Below are positions 29,632 through 38,895 of a DNA stretch of 64,000 nucleotides, one piece after another. The first letter of the stretch is position 1. Every line of letters starts with the position of its first letter. Position numbers and translations under genes: made by a program. The notes beneath the pieces are model-generated. The model was not told where the DNA came from, did no database searches, and worked only from the letters and a program-made list of their open reading frames with translations. This DNA comes from an uncultured Planctomycetota bacterium (lineage in GTDB: Bacteria > Planctomycetota > Planctomycetia > Gemmatales > Gemmataceae), in contig CAWKHF010000002.1 of assembly GCA_963849325.1 (NCBI GenBank), positions 768,001-832,000 of the forward strand. Direction: 5' to 3'.

Positions 29632-29674
29632 CGAGAGGAAATACGCACCAGCCCGCTGACGCTGTCGGTTCGCC
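29592..29674 (+). mobile_element. Degenerate integron attC-like site
   Basis: GGCGGAAC-CAAGCGCTACAGCGGAC ... CCGCTGACGCTGTCG-GTTCGCC. A GTTCGGC core lies at 28987-28993, just upstream of the antitoxin. Confidence 0.5.
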
Positions 29675-30729
29675 TACTCCGGTAATTCTAGGCACGCCAG
29701 CGTCGCGTCCAGTGCAGGCGCTGGGCACGACCACACCAAAAAGAACATTGCTTGCCGCGCCCAGCGCTGGGCGGGATGAGAGCGGAGGAAGCCGGCGCCC
29801 TTGCCGGCCGCCAGGGCGAACTGTGTCACGCGCAGCACCAAGGCGTTGACCTTCGCGCGCAGATGGCTCGCTGCCTGGGCGTCGGCCCCATCGCGGGCCA
29901 GGCGGCGCAACTGTCCTTGCAGAACCTCCCAACTTTCGGCGCACGCCGTCGCCCGCGCTCGCCATTCCGTCCGCTTGTCCGCCTCCCGTTCCAGGTAGGC
30001 GATGGCCGACTTCGCCAACCCCAGCGCCAGCCCGGACGTCTCCAGCCCGCCGGCGCCGCGCCCTCCCGCCAGGACGCGCTCGGCGGGACCGGCCAGCACC
30101 CACTTGCGATCGAGCCGCACGTCGTCGCAGCGGACTTCCGCGGTGAGCGATCCTTGCAGCGCCATCAGTTCCAGCGGCGGGCCGACGCTCAAGCCCGGCG
30201 TCTGGCGCGGCACGACCAGCAACATCTGCCGGCCGTCTTCCAGCACGACGCCGGTGATGAAGTGGTCCGCCCGCGACGCCCCCGTCACCCAGGGCATGAC
30301 GCCATCCAGCCGCACGCCGCCATCGTCGAGCCGGGCGACCAGGACCGGCCGCACGTGCTGACGAGATGTTGTCAGTTGCGCCAGGCCGACCGTGGCGAAG
30401 CGCTCGCCGGATGCCAGGGCCGGCAGCAATTCGCGGCACAAGGCCTCGTTGCCGCTGTCGCGCAGCCGCCGGCAGGCAGAGTCGCGCTGGCTGAGCAAGA
30501 AGCACGTCGTCAGGCAGGCGCCGGCGAGGCGCTGGTAGCCTTCGAGCAATTCCAGCGGGTCGAGTCCCGAGCCGCCGTACTCGCGCGGGATGATCCAGCC
30601 TTGTACGCCGCCGCGGCGCAGGGCGTCCCACGAGGAGGCCGGCCAGGACGCTTCCCCGTCGGCCGTGCCAGCGTGCGCCTGCAAAACGGTCAAGACGTCA
30701 TCGAGTGTCAGAGCATCCGCACGAGACAT
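29674..30729 (-). CDS. Acyl-CoA dehydrogenase family protein
   Basis: IPREYGGSG, LLPALASGERFATVG, LDGVMPWVTG and HPAQRWARQA. Confidence 0.82.
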   Translation of the reverse strand: MSRADALTLDDVLTVLQAHAGTADGEASWPASSWDALRRGGVQGWIIPREYGGSGLDPLELLEGYQRLAGACLTTCFLLSQRDSACRRLRDSGNEALCRELLPALASGERFATVGLAQLTTSRQHVRPVLVARLDDGGVRLDGVMPWVTGASRADHFITGVVLEDGRQMLLVVPRQTPGLSVGPPLELMALQGSLTAEVRCDDVRLDRKWVLAGPAERVLAGGRGAGGLETSGLALGLAKSAIAYLEREADKRTEWRARATACAESWEVLQGQLRRLARDGADAQAASHLRAKVNALVLRVTQFALAAGKGAGFLRSHPAQRWARQAMFFLVWSCPAPALDATLACLELPE

Positions 30730-30745
30730 GGCGTACTGACTCCAC

Positions 30746-32215
30746 TCATTCCCCCGACGGCGGAGCGCCGACCTCGACCGTGAGCGTCTTCTTCTGGCCG
30801 TCGCGTTCGACCTCGATCACCAATTTGTCGCCGGGCTTGTGCGTCTGCAACGCCCGACGCACGGCGCTGACGGACGACGTGTCCACGTCGCCCATCTTGA
30901 CAACTCGGTCGCCGGGCTGCACGCCGGCGCGGTCGGCCGGGCCGCGCCGCACGACCTCCTTGACGATAGTAGTCTGTCCCTCGAAGTGGACGCCGAGAAA
31001 GGGGCTGGCCGCCAGCAATGCATCGAGACGATTGACCTCGTCGGCCGCCCGGACGCCTCTCACCTTTCCGGCGTGCGACCTCGCCAGCAATCGCCACAGT
31101 TCCCGCGCCCGGCGAAGGTCGCCGAAACGCTCCTGCGCCTGCGCCTGCGCCGTCAGCGTGTGCCATTCCTCCGCCGCGTTCTGGTCCGTCAATCGCTTCA
31201 TCCGAACCGGGTCGTCGCGCAGGTCTCGCAGCAGTGCTCGCGCTTGGTCCGCCGCGTCCGTGTCGCTCCAGCGCGTCCGGAGTCCGACGAGCATGGCGGC
31301 CCCGCGATAGACGCGATCCGGCTGAAGCATTTCCTTCCGGGCCGTCTCCAGCAGGCGCTCGGCCTGGACGCGATTGGTCCGCACTTCCTCGACCGACGCG
31401 GCCAAGCCCGGCCTTTCTTTCACGTCGCGCCGGCGCCGCGGCAGGTCTTCCTCTAGCCATGCATACGCCGCCGCCAGCACCGTCTCCGGCGGCAGGTCGT
31501 GCCCCATCTTCGGCACCAACCACAGATGCGAGCGGATGCCCAGCTCGTCCAACAGCGGAGCGCGCAACACCTCGCTCTCGCGCCGGTTGAAGTCCGCTTC
31601 GCCCGTCACCAGGGCCACCGACAACCGCTCCTGAACGCGGTGCCGAAGGTAATCGAGAGGATGCAGCGGGTTGCTGCCGCAAATGGCGAGGACGCCGCCG
31701 AAGTATTCCGGCAGGGCGAAGGCGATGGTACACGCCAGCCGTCCGCCGCCGGAGAAACCGGCCAGGTACGTCCGATCCGGGTCGATGGCATAACGGCGGC
31801 GCACGTCGTCGAACACGTCCAGCACCAGGCGGATGCGCACGCCCGTGGGCGTGTTGTTGCCCGCGCCGTAGGCGGCGCAAAAGAACACGTCCTGGTCCGC
31901 GCACAGCTTTCGCCACGAGCGCCAGCCGAGTGGATCGTCGCCGGGCGAAAGGAAGACGATGAGCGGCCAGGTCCGGCCGGCTTTGTAGTCCGGGGGAACG
32001 TAGAGCTGATAGCGTTGGCGGGCCGAATCGTAGGAATGCGGCACGCGCGCGGCCCGAGCGCCAAATTCGGCGGCGACGAACGCCCAGTCCATCCGCGTCG
32101 CGCGCTTCACGGATACCTCGGGTAGAAAACCGCGCTCGGTCCCGTCGGCCGCCACGGCCGGCGTCAGCGCCGCGGCCAGCCACGCCAGGACGTGTACCGC
32201 TCCCCGGCCGTTCAT
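30746..32215 (-). CDS. Secreted alpha/beta hydrolase (esterase-like) with TPR-like region and C-terminal PDZ domain
   Basis: YQLYVPPDY, IDPDRTYLAGFSGGG, TGEADFN, MGHD and FLGV...GPADRAGVQPGDRV. Confidence 0.8.
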   Translation of the reverse strand: MNGRGAVHVLAWLAAALTPAVAADGTERGFLPEVSVKRATRMDWAFVAAEFGARAARVPHSYDSARQRYQLYVPPDYKAGRTWPLIVFLSPGDDPLGWRSWRKLCADQDVFFCAAYGAGNNTPTGVRIRLVLDVFDDVRRRYAIDPDRTYLAGFSGGGRLACTIAFALPEYFGGVLAICGSNPLHPLDYLRHRVQERLSVALVTGEADFNRRESEVLRAPLLDELGIRSHLWLVPKMGHDLPPETVLAAAYAWLEEDLPRRRRDVKERPGLAASVEEVRTNRVQAERLLETARKEMLQPDRVYRGAAMLVGLRTRWSDTDAADQARALLRDLRDDPVRMKRLTDQNAAEEWHTLTAQAQAQERFGDLRRARELWRLLARSHAGKVRGVRAADEVNRLDALLAASPFLGVHFEGQTTIVKEVVRRGPADRAGVQPGDRVVKMGDVDTSSVSAVRRALQTHKPGDKLVIEVERDGQKKTLTVEVGAPPSGE

Positions 32216-32407
32216 CGTCGCGCCTCCTGTTTACCTCTCTTACTTCATTTACCCCAAACCCCCAAATCACGAAGTCACAACGAAAGGGGTTCCGAAACCC
32301 CACTTCCAGATATACCATGAGAGAAGTGAGCGCCCCCCATGCGGAGCGCCGAAGATGGCTCCGTAGGTGGCTCCCGGGCATCGGTTCCTGCGGTACGGGG
32401 CGTCGGC

Positions 32408-32779
32408 ATGGATAGTCTACGCGAATTGCTGGAAGCCGTCCGGGAGCGGGACCTGGCTCGGGGCCACTTCCAGGGTTTGCTGCACCTGCTCGTGGGTCGC
32501 CGCATTACCCGCGCGGACGGCACGATCGTCTCTTCCGGGATGACCTGGCGCGACCTGGCCACCCTGCTCAAACGCCTGCGCTGGGACGTGGACTGCGTGG
32601 ACGAGCTGGGACTCCATCCCACCCAGCTGCCGCCGCGCGACCGGCAACGTTTCTGGTACATGGCCATCTCCCGCGGCAGCATCGATTCGCCCGACGCCAG
32701 CGCCGCCGCCGACCGCCTCGTTGAACCGCTCCGCAAACTCGGCTTCGTCGTCGGCCCCGCGCCCAGCACCAAACAGTAG
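32408..32779 (+). CDS. Hypothetical protein
   Basis: 123 aa ORF with GC-biased codon usage: GLLHLLVGRRI..DGTIVSSGMTWR..LPPRDRQRFWY. Confidence 0.7.
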   Translation: MDSLRELLEAVRERDLARGHFQGLLHLLVGRRITRADGTIVSSGMTWRDLATLLKRLRWDVDCVDELGLHPTQLPPRDRQRFWYMAISRGSIDSPDASAAADRLVEPLRKLGFVVGPAPSTKQ

Positions 32780-32886
32780 TTCTGAGTTCTGAGTTCTGAG
32801 TTCAAGAAGCCGGTATCCGCTCGCCGAGATCCCTCCTCCCTGGCTATTGCTCTTCACTCAGAACTCAGAACTCAGAACTCAGAACT
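32778..32886. repeat. Inverted heptamer tandem arrays (AGTTCTG)x3.7 / (ACTCAGA)x4.4
   Basis: 32778-32803 and 32856-32886 are reverse-complementary arrays around a spacer of about 52 nt. Confidence 0.9.
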
Positions 32887-32984
32887 ATTGACCGTATCTC
32901 CCTCGCCTCCTATCATCACGAAATCAGCGAGGGCCAACGGGTTGAGCACGGTTCGACCGTGGGCTGGCAGTGGAGACACCAGCT

Positions 32985-33633
32985 ATGAAGGCGGAACATC
33001 GCAAGGAATTGATGACCAATTCGCTCGCTCATCGACTGGGCGAGGCGTTTCAGGGCATGAAGGAAGGACCGTCGCGCGGCACCATCCTCGCCCTGGTCGC
33101 CGTCGGCCTGATCGTGATCCTGGTCCTCACCTGGCGTTATTTTTCCAGCAGCGCCGAGGAGTCCGAGTCGGCGCGCTGGCTGAAGTGGGACAGCCTTTCG
33201 TCGCCGGAGCAGTTGAAGAGCTTCGCCGAGGACCGCGATGTACAGGGGCACATGCCCGGCCGGCTCGCTCGCCTGGAGGAAGCCCGCCGCTCTCTGCACG
33301 ACGGTCTGCGCGACGTCGGTCCCTCCGGCACGCGCAAGCAAGGGATCGAGAACATCAAGAGGGCCGCGGAGCTGTACGATAAGCTCGTGGACGAGTGCGG
33401 CGACAAGCCGGTGCTGCACCAGCAGGTGCTGATGGGCGCGGCCAAGGCCCACGAAAGCCTCGGCGAATACGACCAGGCCCGTAAGTATTACCAGCAGCTC
33501 TCCCAGAAGTACGCCCGCTCGCACCTGGGCAAAGAGGCCGACGAGCAGCTCGAAGCGCCTGGACGCCGGAGAGGAGAACGGCGACCTGAAAGCGCTCCGC
33601 GAGGAGTACGCTTCCCGAGCGACCACGCCCTAG
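32985..33633 (+). CDS. Membrane-anchored TPR protein (YfgM-like); frameshift near 33557
   Basis: MKAEHRKELMTNSLA, one TM segment, then AKAHESLGEYDQARKYYQQL. True stop TAG 33631-33633. Confidence 0.75.
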
Positions 33634-33671
33634 TCCTTTATCTCCGCTCGCTGACGCTCGCGGCTCTAACG

Positions 33672-34679
33672 ATGGACACCTCGATCCCGACTCCCGCCGA
33701 CGACCGCGTGGTCGAGTTGGTCGCCAAGTGCCGCGACAATCTTCGCCTGGACCAGTATTTGACCGGCCTGTTCTCCGACTTCAGCCGGTCGGTCGTGCAG
33801 CGCGTCATCGATGCCGGCGGCGTGCGGGTCAACGGCAAACCGTCCAAGGCCAGCTACCGCGTGCGTCACGGCGACCACATCCGCATCGAGAAACCGGAGC
33901 CGACCCACCCGACGCCCATCCCCGAAGACATCCCGCTCGACATCCTCTATGAGGACGAGTATCTCGCGGCCGTCAACAAGCCGGCCGACATGGTCGTTCA
34001 CCCCGCCAAGGGCCATTGGTCCGGCACGCTGGTCAACGCCCTGCGCTTCCACTTCGGACAACTCAGCGAGGTCAACGGCGATTACCGCGCCGGCATCGTC
34101 CACCGCCTCGACCGCGATACCAGCGGCGTCATCCTCATCGCCAAGGAGGAGCAGACGCACCGCGACCTCAGCCTGATGTTCGAGCAGCGCAAGATTTTCA
34201 AGGAATACGTGGCCCTGACGGCCGGCGTGCTCGACCGCGACAGCGATTACATCGAGGGCCGCATCGCCCACCATCCGCACGACCGCGTCAAGATGACGGT
34301 TAGCGACGACGAGGACGACGACGGCAAGGACGCCGTGAGTTATTATGAAGTGATCGAGCGTTTCCGCGGCTTCAGCTATTGCCGCATCCAGCCGCGCACC
34401 GGACGGACGCACCAGATCCGCGTTCACCTGGCGAGCATCGGCTGTCCGGTGCTGGCCGATAAGATTTACAGCGGCCGCGATCGTCTGCACCTGTCCGACC
34501 TCGTGCCCGGTCTGGAGAGCGCGCGGGAGGAATTGTTGCTGGAGCGTCAGGCGCTGCATGCGTATCGTCTGCGTCTGCATCATCCGCGGCGGCGAACGAT
34601 CCTGGAGTTGGAGGCACCGCTGCCGCCGGAGTTTCAACGGACCCTGGCCGCTTTGCGTCAGTATCGTACGCGCGGCTAA
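33672..34679 (+). CDS. rluD: RluA-family 23S rRNA pseudouridine synthase with S4 domain
   Basis: RLDQYL, VNKPADMVVHP, GIVHRLDRDTSG, TGRTHQIRVH and RQALHA. Confidence 0.92.
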   Translation: MDTSIPTPADDRVVELVAKCRDNLRLDQYLTGLFSDFSRSVVQRVIDAGGVRVNGKPSKASYRVRHGDHIRIEKPEPTHPTPIPEDIPLDILYEDEYLAAVNKPADMVVHPAKGHWSGTLVNALRFHFGQLSEVNGDYRAGIVHRLDRDTSGVILIAKEEQTHRDLSLMFEQRKIFKEYVALTAGVLDRDSDYIEGRIAHHPHDRVKMTVSDDEDDDGKDAVSYYEVIERFRGFSYCRIQPRTGRTHQIRVHLASIGCPVLADKIYSGRDRLHLSDLVPGLESAREELLLERQALHAYRLRLHHPRRRTILELEAPLPPEFQRTLAALRQYRTRG

Positions 34680-34702
34680 GAGATACAGCGAGGAGTTTGA
34701 TA

Positions 34703-35164
34703 ATGGATCGAGGATTGGACTGCCGGAGATGGCTCAGGTTCGCGCTGGCCGCTTGGGTATCGATCGCCCTGGTCGTTGGATGTCAGAAGGACCGGGGCAC
34801 TCCCGCTGCGATGCAGCTGAGCAAACGGTATCAAGCGTTGAAGAATGCCGGCGATTCAGCGGCCGACGCGCTGCTCGTCCCGATGCCGACGGTGCCGGCG
34901 AAGCCCGTCTCGCCGGAGGAAGCCGAGCGTATCCAGACGGAATGCTTTCTGCACCAGGACATCCGCATCCTGTCCATCCGGGCCGACTCGCCGCATCGCC
35001 TCGTCCTGACCACCAAAGGCAACGTCTCCGCCCCGACGCTCCAGGTCCAGACCGCCAAGGGCGTCGATCGCGTGCAGCGCACGATGGCGAATCCCGATCT
35101 GATTGTCGAGGTCCGCGGCGGCCGAATCCACGGTGTCCGGGCCGAGATGCACTCGGGACGATGA
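34703..35164 (+). CDS. Hypothetical lipoprotein
   Basis: Hydrophobic signal ending LVVG-C; RBS GAGGAG. Confidence 0.55.
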   Translation: MDRGLDCRRWLRFALAAWVSIALVVGCQKDRGTPAAMQLSKRYQALKNAGDSAADALLVPMPTVPAKPVSPEEAERIQTECFLHQDIRILSIRADSPHRLVLTTKGNVSAPTLQVQTAKGVDRVQRTMANPDLIVEVRGGRIHGVRAEMHSGR

Positions 35165-35165
35165 C

Positions 35166-35210
35166 GCCGCTTGCGGCTTAGCGTTCTGCCGGCGCTAAGC
35201 CGCAAGCGGC
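35166..35210. repeat. REP-like palindrome, family E (GCCGCTTGCGGCTTAGCG / CGCTAAGCCGCAAGCGGC)
   Basis: Between convergent genes; partial relatives at 19967-19993, 14477-14488 and 28929-28940. Confidence 0.75.
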
Positions 35211-35220
35211 TCGAAGCCCC

Positions 35221-36253
35221 TCACTTGCCGACGACGATCTTCGAGCGCTGCCGCGCTTCACCGATGATGCTGTCGTGCAAGCGCGTGCAATAGTGCTCCT
35301 TGACCATCTCCTTGACGTTGTCAAAGGTCACGTCGCGGCCGGGCTTGCGATCCGTCACCAGGATGAGGTGATAGCCGAACGGCGTCTTGACCGGCTCGGA
35401 CATCTCGAACGGCTTCAGGGCGAACGCGGCGCGCGCGAACGGCTCGACCATGAAGCCGACGCCCTGGAACCAATCGACGTCGCCGCCCTTCTCCTTGGTG
35501 GGACACGCCGATTTCTCCTTGGCCTGGGCGGCAAACGCCTCGTCGATCAGCGCCTGCCGCTTCTTCTCGCGCGTCAGGTTGTCCGTGTCCGCCGGCAGTT
35601 TGGCCAACCCCTCGGCCGCCTGCTTTTCGATCTGCTGCTTGATGGCCAGCAGCTGGGCCACGACCTGCTCGCCGGCCTTGGGATCGTCGCCGGCCGGCGC
35701 GATCAGGATGTGACGGGCGCGCACCTGGCTGCCGTCAAATAGATACTTTTGCGAGTCGAAGAGTTCCTTGAGCACCTTGTCGGTCGGCGCGCTCCTCGGC
35801 GAACTTGCTCCAGCGCATCTCCGCGGCGATCTGCTCGTTCAGCTCGGCCTCGGTCAGCCGCAGTTCCGCCAGCATCTTGGCGAAGTCCTGGTTGCGCTTC
35901 TGCAACTCGGCCTTCATTTCCGCGACGGACTTCTCGACCTCCTTGGGATCGACGGCGACGTGCAGTTGCAACAGGTACTGGTCGAGGAGGGCCAAGTCGA
36001 TCAGGTAATGGAGGACTTGCGGCCGGGCCTCGGTGTGCTTCTGGGGCGGCACGCGGTGCAGTCCGCGCTGCACGGCGGATTCGAGGATGGGCTGTCCGTT
36101 GACGGTGGCGGCGACGGCATTGGGGGCCGCGGCCGGAGCGGTCGGCGCCGGCGGCGGGGCCGACGGGGCTGGCGGGGGTGTCTGGGCCAGCGCCGGCAAG
36201 CACGACAGCGTCAAACCAAGGACCGCCCAGCCGGGGCGTTGCATGGCACGCAT
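35221..36253 (-). CDS. Parvulin-type peptidyl-prolyl isomerase (SurA/PrsA-like); frameshift near 35790
   Basis: Signal peptide, [30 protein letters not shown] and [11 protein letters not shown]. Confidence 0.88.
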
Positions 36254-36274
36254 GTTTTTCTCCTCGACGAAAGT

Positions 36275-36325
36275 GTAGGCGACTCGCTCCGCGAGTCGAT
36301 CCGCACTCGCGGAGCGAGTGCATCC
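36275..36325. repeat. GTAG-type REP-like doublet
   Basis: GTAGGCGACTCGCTCCGCGAGTCG followed by inverted GCACTCGCGGAGCGAGTGCATCC. Confidence 0.65.
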
Positions 36326-36368
36326 CAAGGCGGCGGATTGTAGCGACCCGCCCTCCAGCGCCGAGACG

Positions 36369-36412
36369 AAAAAAACAGCCGCCGGACCCTCTCGTGGAGG
36401 GCCCGGCGGCCG
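36369..36412 (-). terminator. Rho-independent terminator
   Basis: Minus strand GCCGCCGGGCCCTC-loop-GAGGGTCCGGCGGC then TGTTTTTTT. Confidence 0.8.
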
Positions 36413-36436
36413 ACGGAAGACGGAGGAACGCCGACG

Positions 36437-36802
36437 TTACGGATAGAGGTAGTTGTAGCGTACGACCGCTGGGGCCGGCGCGTAGTAATTGCTGACCCTG
36501 CGGAGACGGCCGAAGGGGCCGTAGCGATAGGTCGTCACGGCCGCCGCCGGGGCGTAGTAGGAAGCGTAGACCGGCGCGGGGGCGGCGTAGTACGAAGTCA
36601 CCACGGGGGCCGGCGCGTAATACGACGTCACCACCGGGGCGGGCGCGGCATAGTAGGACGTAACGGCAGGCGGCGGCGCGTAGTACGTCGTCACCGGGAC
36701 AGGTTGATAACAGACCGCCTGAGCGTGGACCGCGCCGGCGCTCGCCGAGAGCAGGACCAGCGCCGCGACCATTGCGGCCAGCCATCGAGACTTGCGTACC
36801 AT
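36437..36802 (-). CDS. Small secreted Tyr/Pro/Ala-rich tandem-repeat protein
   Basis: Signal ending VHA, then about six YYAPAPVVTS-like decads. RBS AGGAG and own terminator. Confidence 0.8.
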   Translation of the reverse strand: MVRKSRWLAAMVAALVLLSASAGAVHAQAVCYQPVPVTTYYAPPPAVTSYYAAPAPVVTSYYAPAPVVTSYYAAPAPVYASYYAPAAAVTTYRYGPFGRLRRVSNYYAPAPAVVRYNYLYP

Positions 36803-37000
36803 GGCTCCTTCTCCTGTTGCAAGGGTCCGCGCCGGGTCTTCCGTAACTATACGCAGTTCGATACGTCCGGGGTAGTCCTCACGACCGGATCGTTCCTTTC
36901 CTCCGTCTCCGCACCATCCCCTCCTCGGCTCCTTGTCGGTCTGCCTACAATAAGGTAGCGGCCCAGCTCATCGATCCTCCTCGAAACGGACAGATTCCCC

Positions 37001-38013
37001 ATGACGTTCTGGCAGCATTTCCTCAGCAACAGCGGCGGTCCCGTGGAGGGCCATCCTCCGCCCGAACCGGACCCGCGCGAACTCGAAGCGCTCGACGCCT
37101 ATTCCAACGTGGTGGTGCGCGTGGCCGAGATGCTGCGCCCCGCCGTGGTCAACCTGCGCAGCGGCCGCGGCCGCCGCGAGGGTTCCGGCTCCGGCATCCT
37201 GTTCACGCCGGACGGCTTTCTGCTGACCAATCATCACGTCGTCCAGGGCAGCGAGCGCGTGCGCGTGCGGCTGGGCGATGGCCGCGAGATCGGCGGCCGC
37301 GTCGTCGGCGCCGACCCGTGGACCGACCTGGCCGTGGTGCAGGCCGAGGAGAGCAATCTGCCGCACGCGCGTACTCGGCGATTCGTCGCGCCTGCGCGTC
37401 GGCCAGCTGGTCGTCGCCATCGGCAGCCCGCTCGGCTTCGAGTCCACCGTGACGGCCGGCGTCATCAGCGCCCTGGGCCGAACGCTGCGCAGCATCACCG
37501 GACACCTGGTCGATAACGTGATCCAGACCGATGCCGCCCTCAACCCCGGCAACAGCGGCGGCCCGCTGGTCGATAGCCGCGGCCAGGTCATCGGCATCAA
37601 CACCGCCATCATCCGGCCGGCCCAGGGGATATGCTTCGCCATCCCGATCAACATGGCCAAGCACATCCTGCCGCAGCTGCTGCAAGCATGGCCGGGTGGT
37701 GCGCGGCTATCTCGGTCTGCACGCTCGCAACGTGCCGCTCCCGCGCGGCCTGGCGGCTCGCTTCGAGTTGACACAGACAGGGGCGGTGGAAGTGATGGGC
37801 ATCGAGCCGGGCGGCCCGGCCGACCAGGCCGGCATTCTGGAGGAGGACCTCCTCGTCTCCCTGGGCGAGCAGCCGACGACCAGCGTGGACGACCTGCACA
37901 AGCTGCTGACCCAGCTGCCGATCGACGTGCCGGCGCCGGTCACGCTGCTGCGCCGCGATCGCCGATTGACCCGGCTCGTGTTGCCGACGGATTACCCCTC
38001 TTTCGGAGCCTGA
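37001..38013 (+). CDS. HtrA/S1C serine protease with PDZ domain; frameshifts near 37370 and 37685
   Basis: [31 protein letters not shown] and [12 protein letters not shown]. Confidence 0.88.
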
Positions 38014-38053
38014 AGCGTAAGCGAAGAGATTGCTTCGCTTACGCTTCAGGCTC
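38006..38053. repeat. REP-like element, family B, supplying the stop codons of both convergent genes
   Basis: GAGCCTGAAGCGTAAGCGAAG / CTTCGCTTACGCTTCAGGCTC overlaps TGA 38011-38013 and the minus-strand TAA at 38039-38041. Confidence 0.8.
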
Positions 38054-38887
38054 GGAGAAATGGGCCGACCAGACGCCGTACAGTTGTGCCAGCTGCGCGG
38101 GACGGAGGTCGATTCCCAAATAGGGCGTGAAATCCGCTTCTTTTCGGCCGATCTCGAAGTCGGCGACGTAGCGCTCGATGGCTCGGCGCGGGCAATTCGT
38201 CCGCCGCTGGATGTCGTCGAAGCTGTCTCCGCGCACGTGCAGGGCCAGCACGACGTGGAGCTTGCCCTTCTTCGTCCGCCGCGGCTCACTCAGGTAACGG
38301 TATGGCCGCATGACGAAGCGCGTGGACTCGGTTGGCGATCCGCCTTTCTTCAGCAGCAGCCCTACCCGCGCCGAGCGGACCAGCGGTCGATCTTCGATCG
38401 TGTCCATTTGCCGTAACAGGAGGGGATTGCTCTCATCCCAGGCGAGGCGGCCGGCGATGGCCCGGTCCAGTGCGGAGACACTTGCGGCCCCTGTCGCGTC
38501 GAGCAGGTGATCGACGCACAGCGACGGCCCATCAATCAGCGTCCCTTCCGGCGTCTCCAGGCCGCGAAAGAGGATGCCGCCGGAGGTGGTACGGTCGCCG
38601 AAGGTCAGGTCCAGTCCCTTGAAACTGCCGCCGCGAAACGTCCCGCGCGTGCGGTGGAAGTACCAGTGACCGATGTGGAACTGGATCGGGTCGCGGTGCG
38701 TGAAGGGATCGGGGTGCGTCTGCGACCAGTAGTAAAACTCGATCTCGACAAGGCGATGGGCCTGCCGGCCGACCACCAGGCGCGAGCCGTTGAGGAGCCG
38801 CTGCGCGATGCGAGTGAACCAATTATCGAGGGTTTCCGGCGTGCTCCGAGGATCGGATTGGCGCAGCAGCGTGAGCCAGTCGGACAT
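38039..38887 (-). CDS. Uncharacterised protein with MPG/AAG (3-methyladenine DNA glycosylase)-like motif order
   Basis: [41 protein letters not shown] and PYRY. Confidence 0.6.
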   Translation of the reverse strand: MSDWLTLLRQSDPRSTPETLDNWFTRIAQRLLNGSRLVVGRQAHRLVEIEFYYWSQTHPDPFTHRDPIQFHIGHWYFHRTRGTFRGGSFKGLDLTFGDRTTSGGILFRGLETPEGTLIDGPSLCVDHLLDATGAASVSALDRAIAGRLAWDESNPLLLRQMDTIEDRPLVRSARVGLLLKKGGSPTESTRFVMRPYRYLSEPRRTKKGKLHVVLALHVRGDSFDDIQRRTNCPRRAIERYVADFEIGRKEADFTPYLGIDLRPAQLAQLYGVWSAHFSEPEA

Positions 38888-38895
38888 GCAGCGTC

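Noticed and set aside
32970-34679. TPR protein-RluD fusion (569 aa)
   Set aside because: An indel near 33557 bypasses the TAG at 33631; the linker is a REP half-copy and rluD has its own ATG at 33672.
36480-36700. CRISPR-like or DNA-level repeat array
   Set aside because: These are degenerate 30-nt coding repeats without unique spacers. No CRISPR array or cas gene was seen anywhere in the window.
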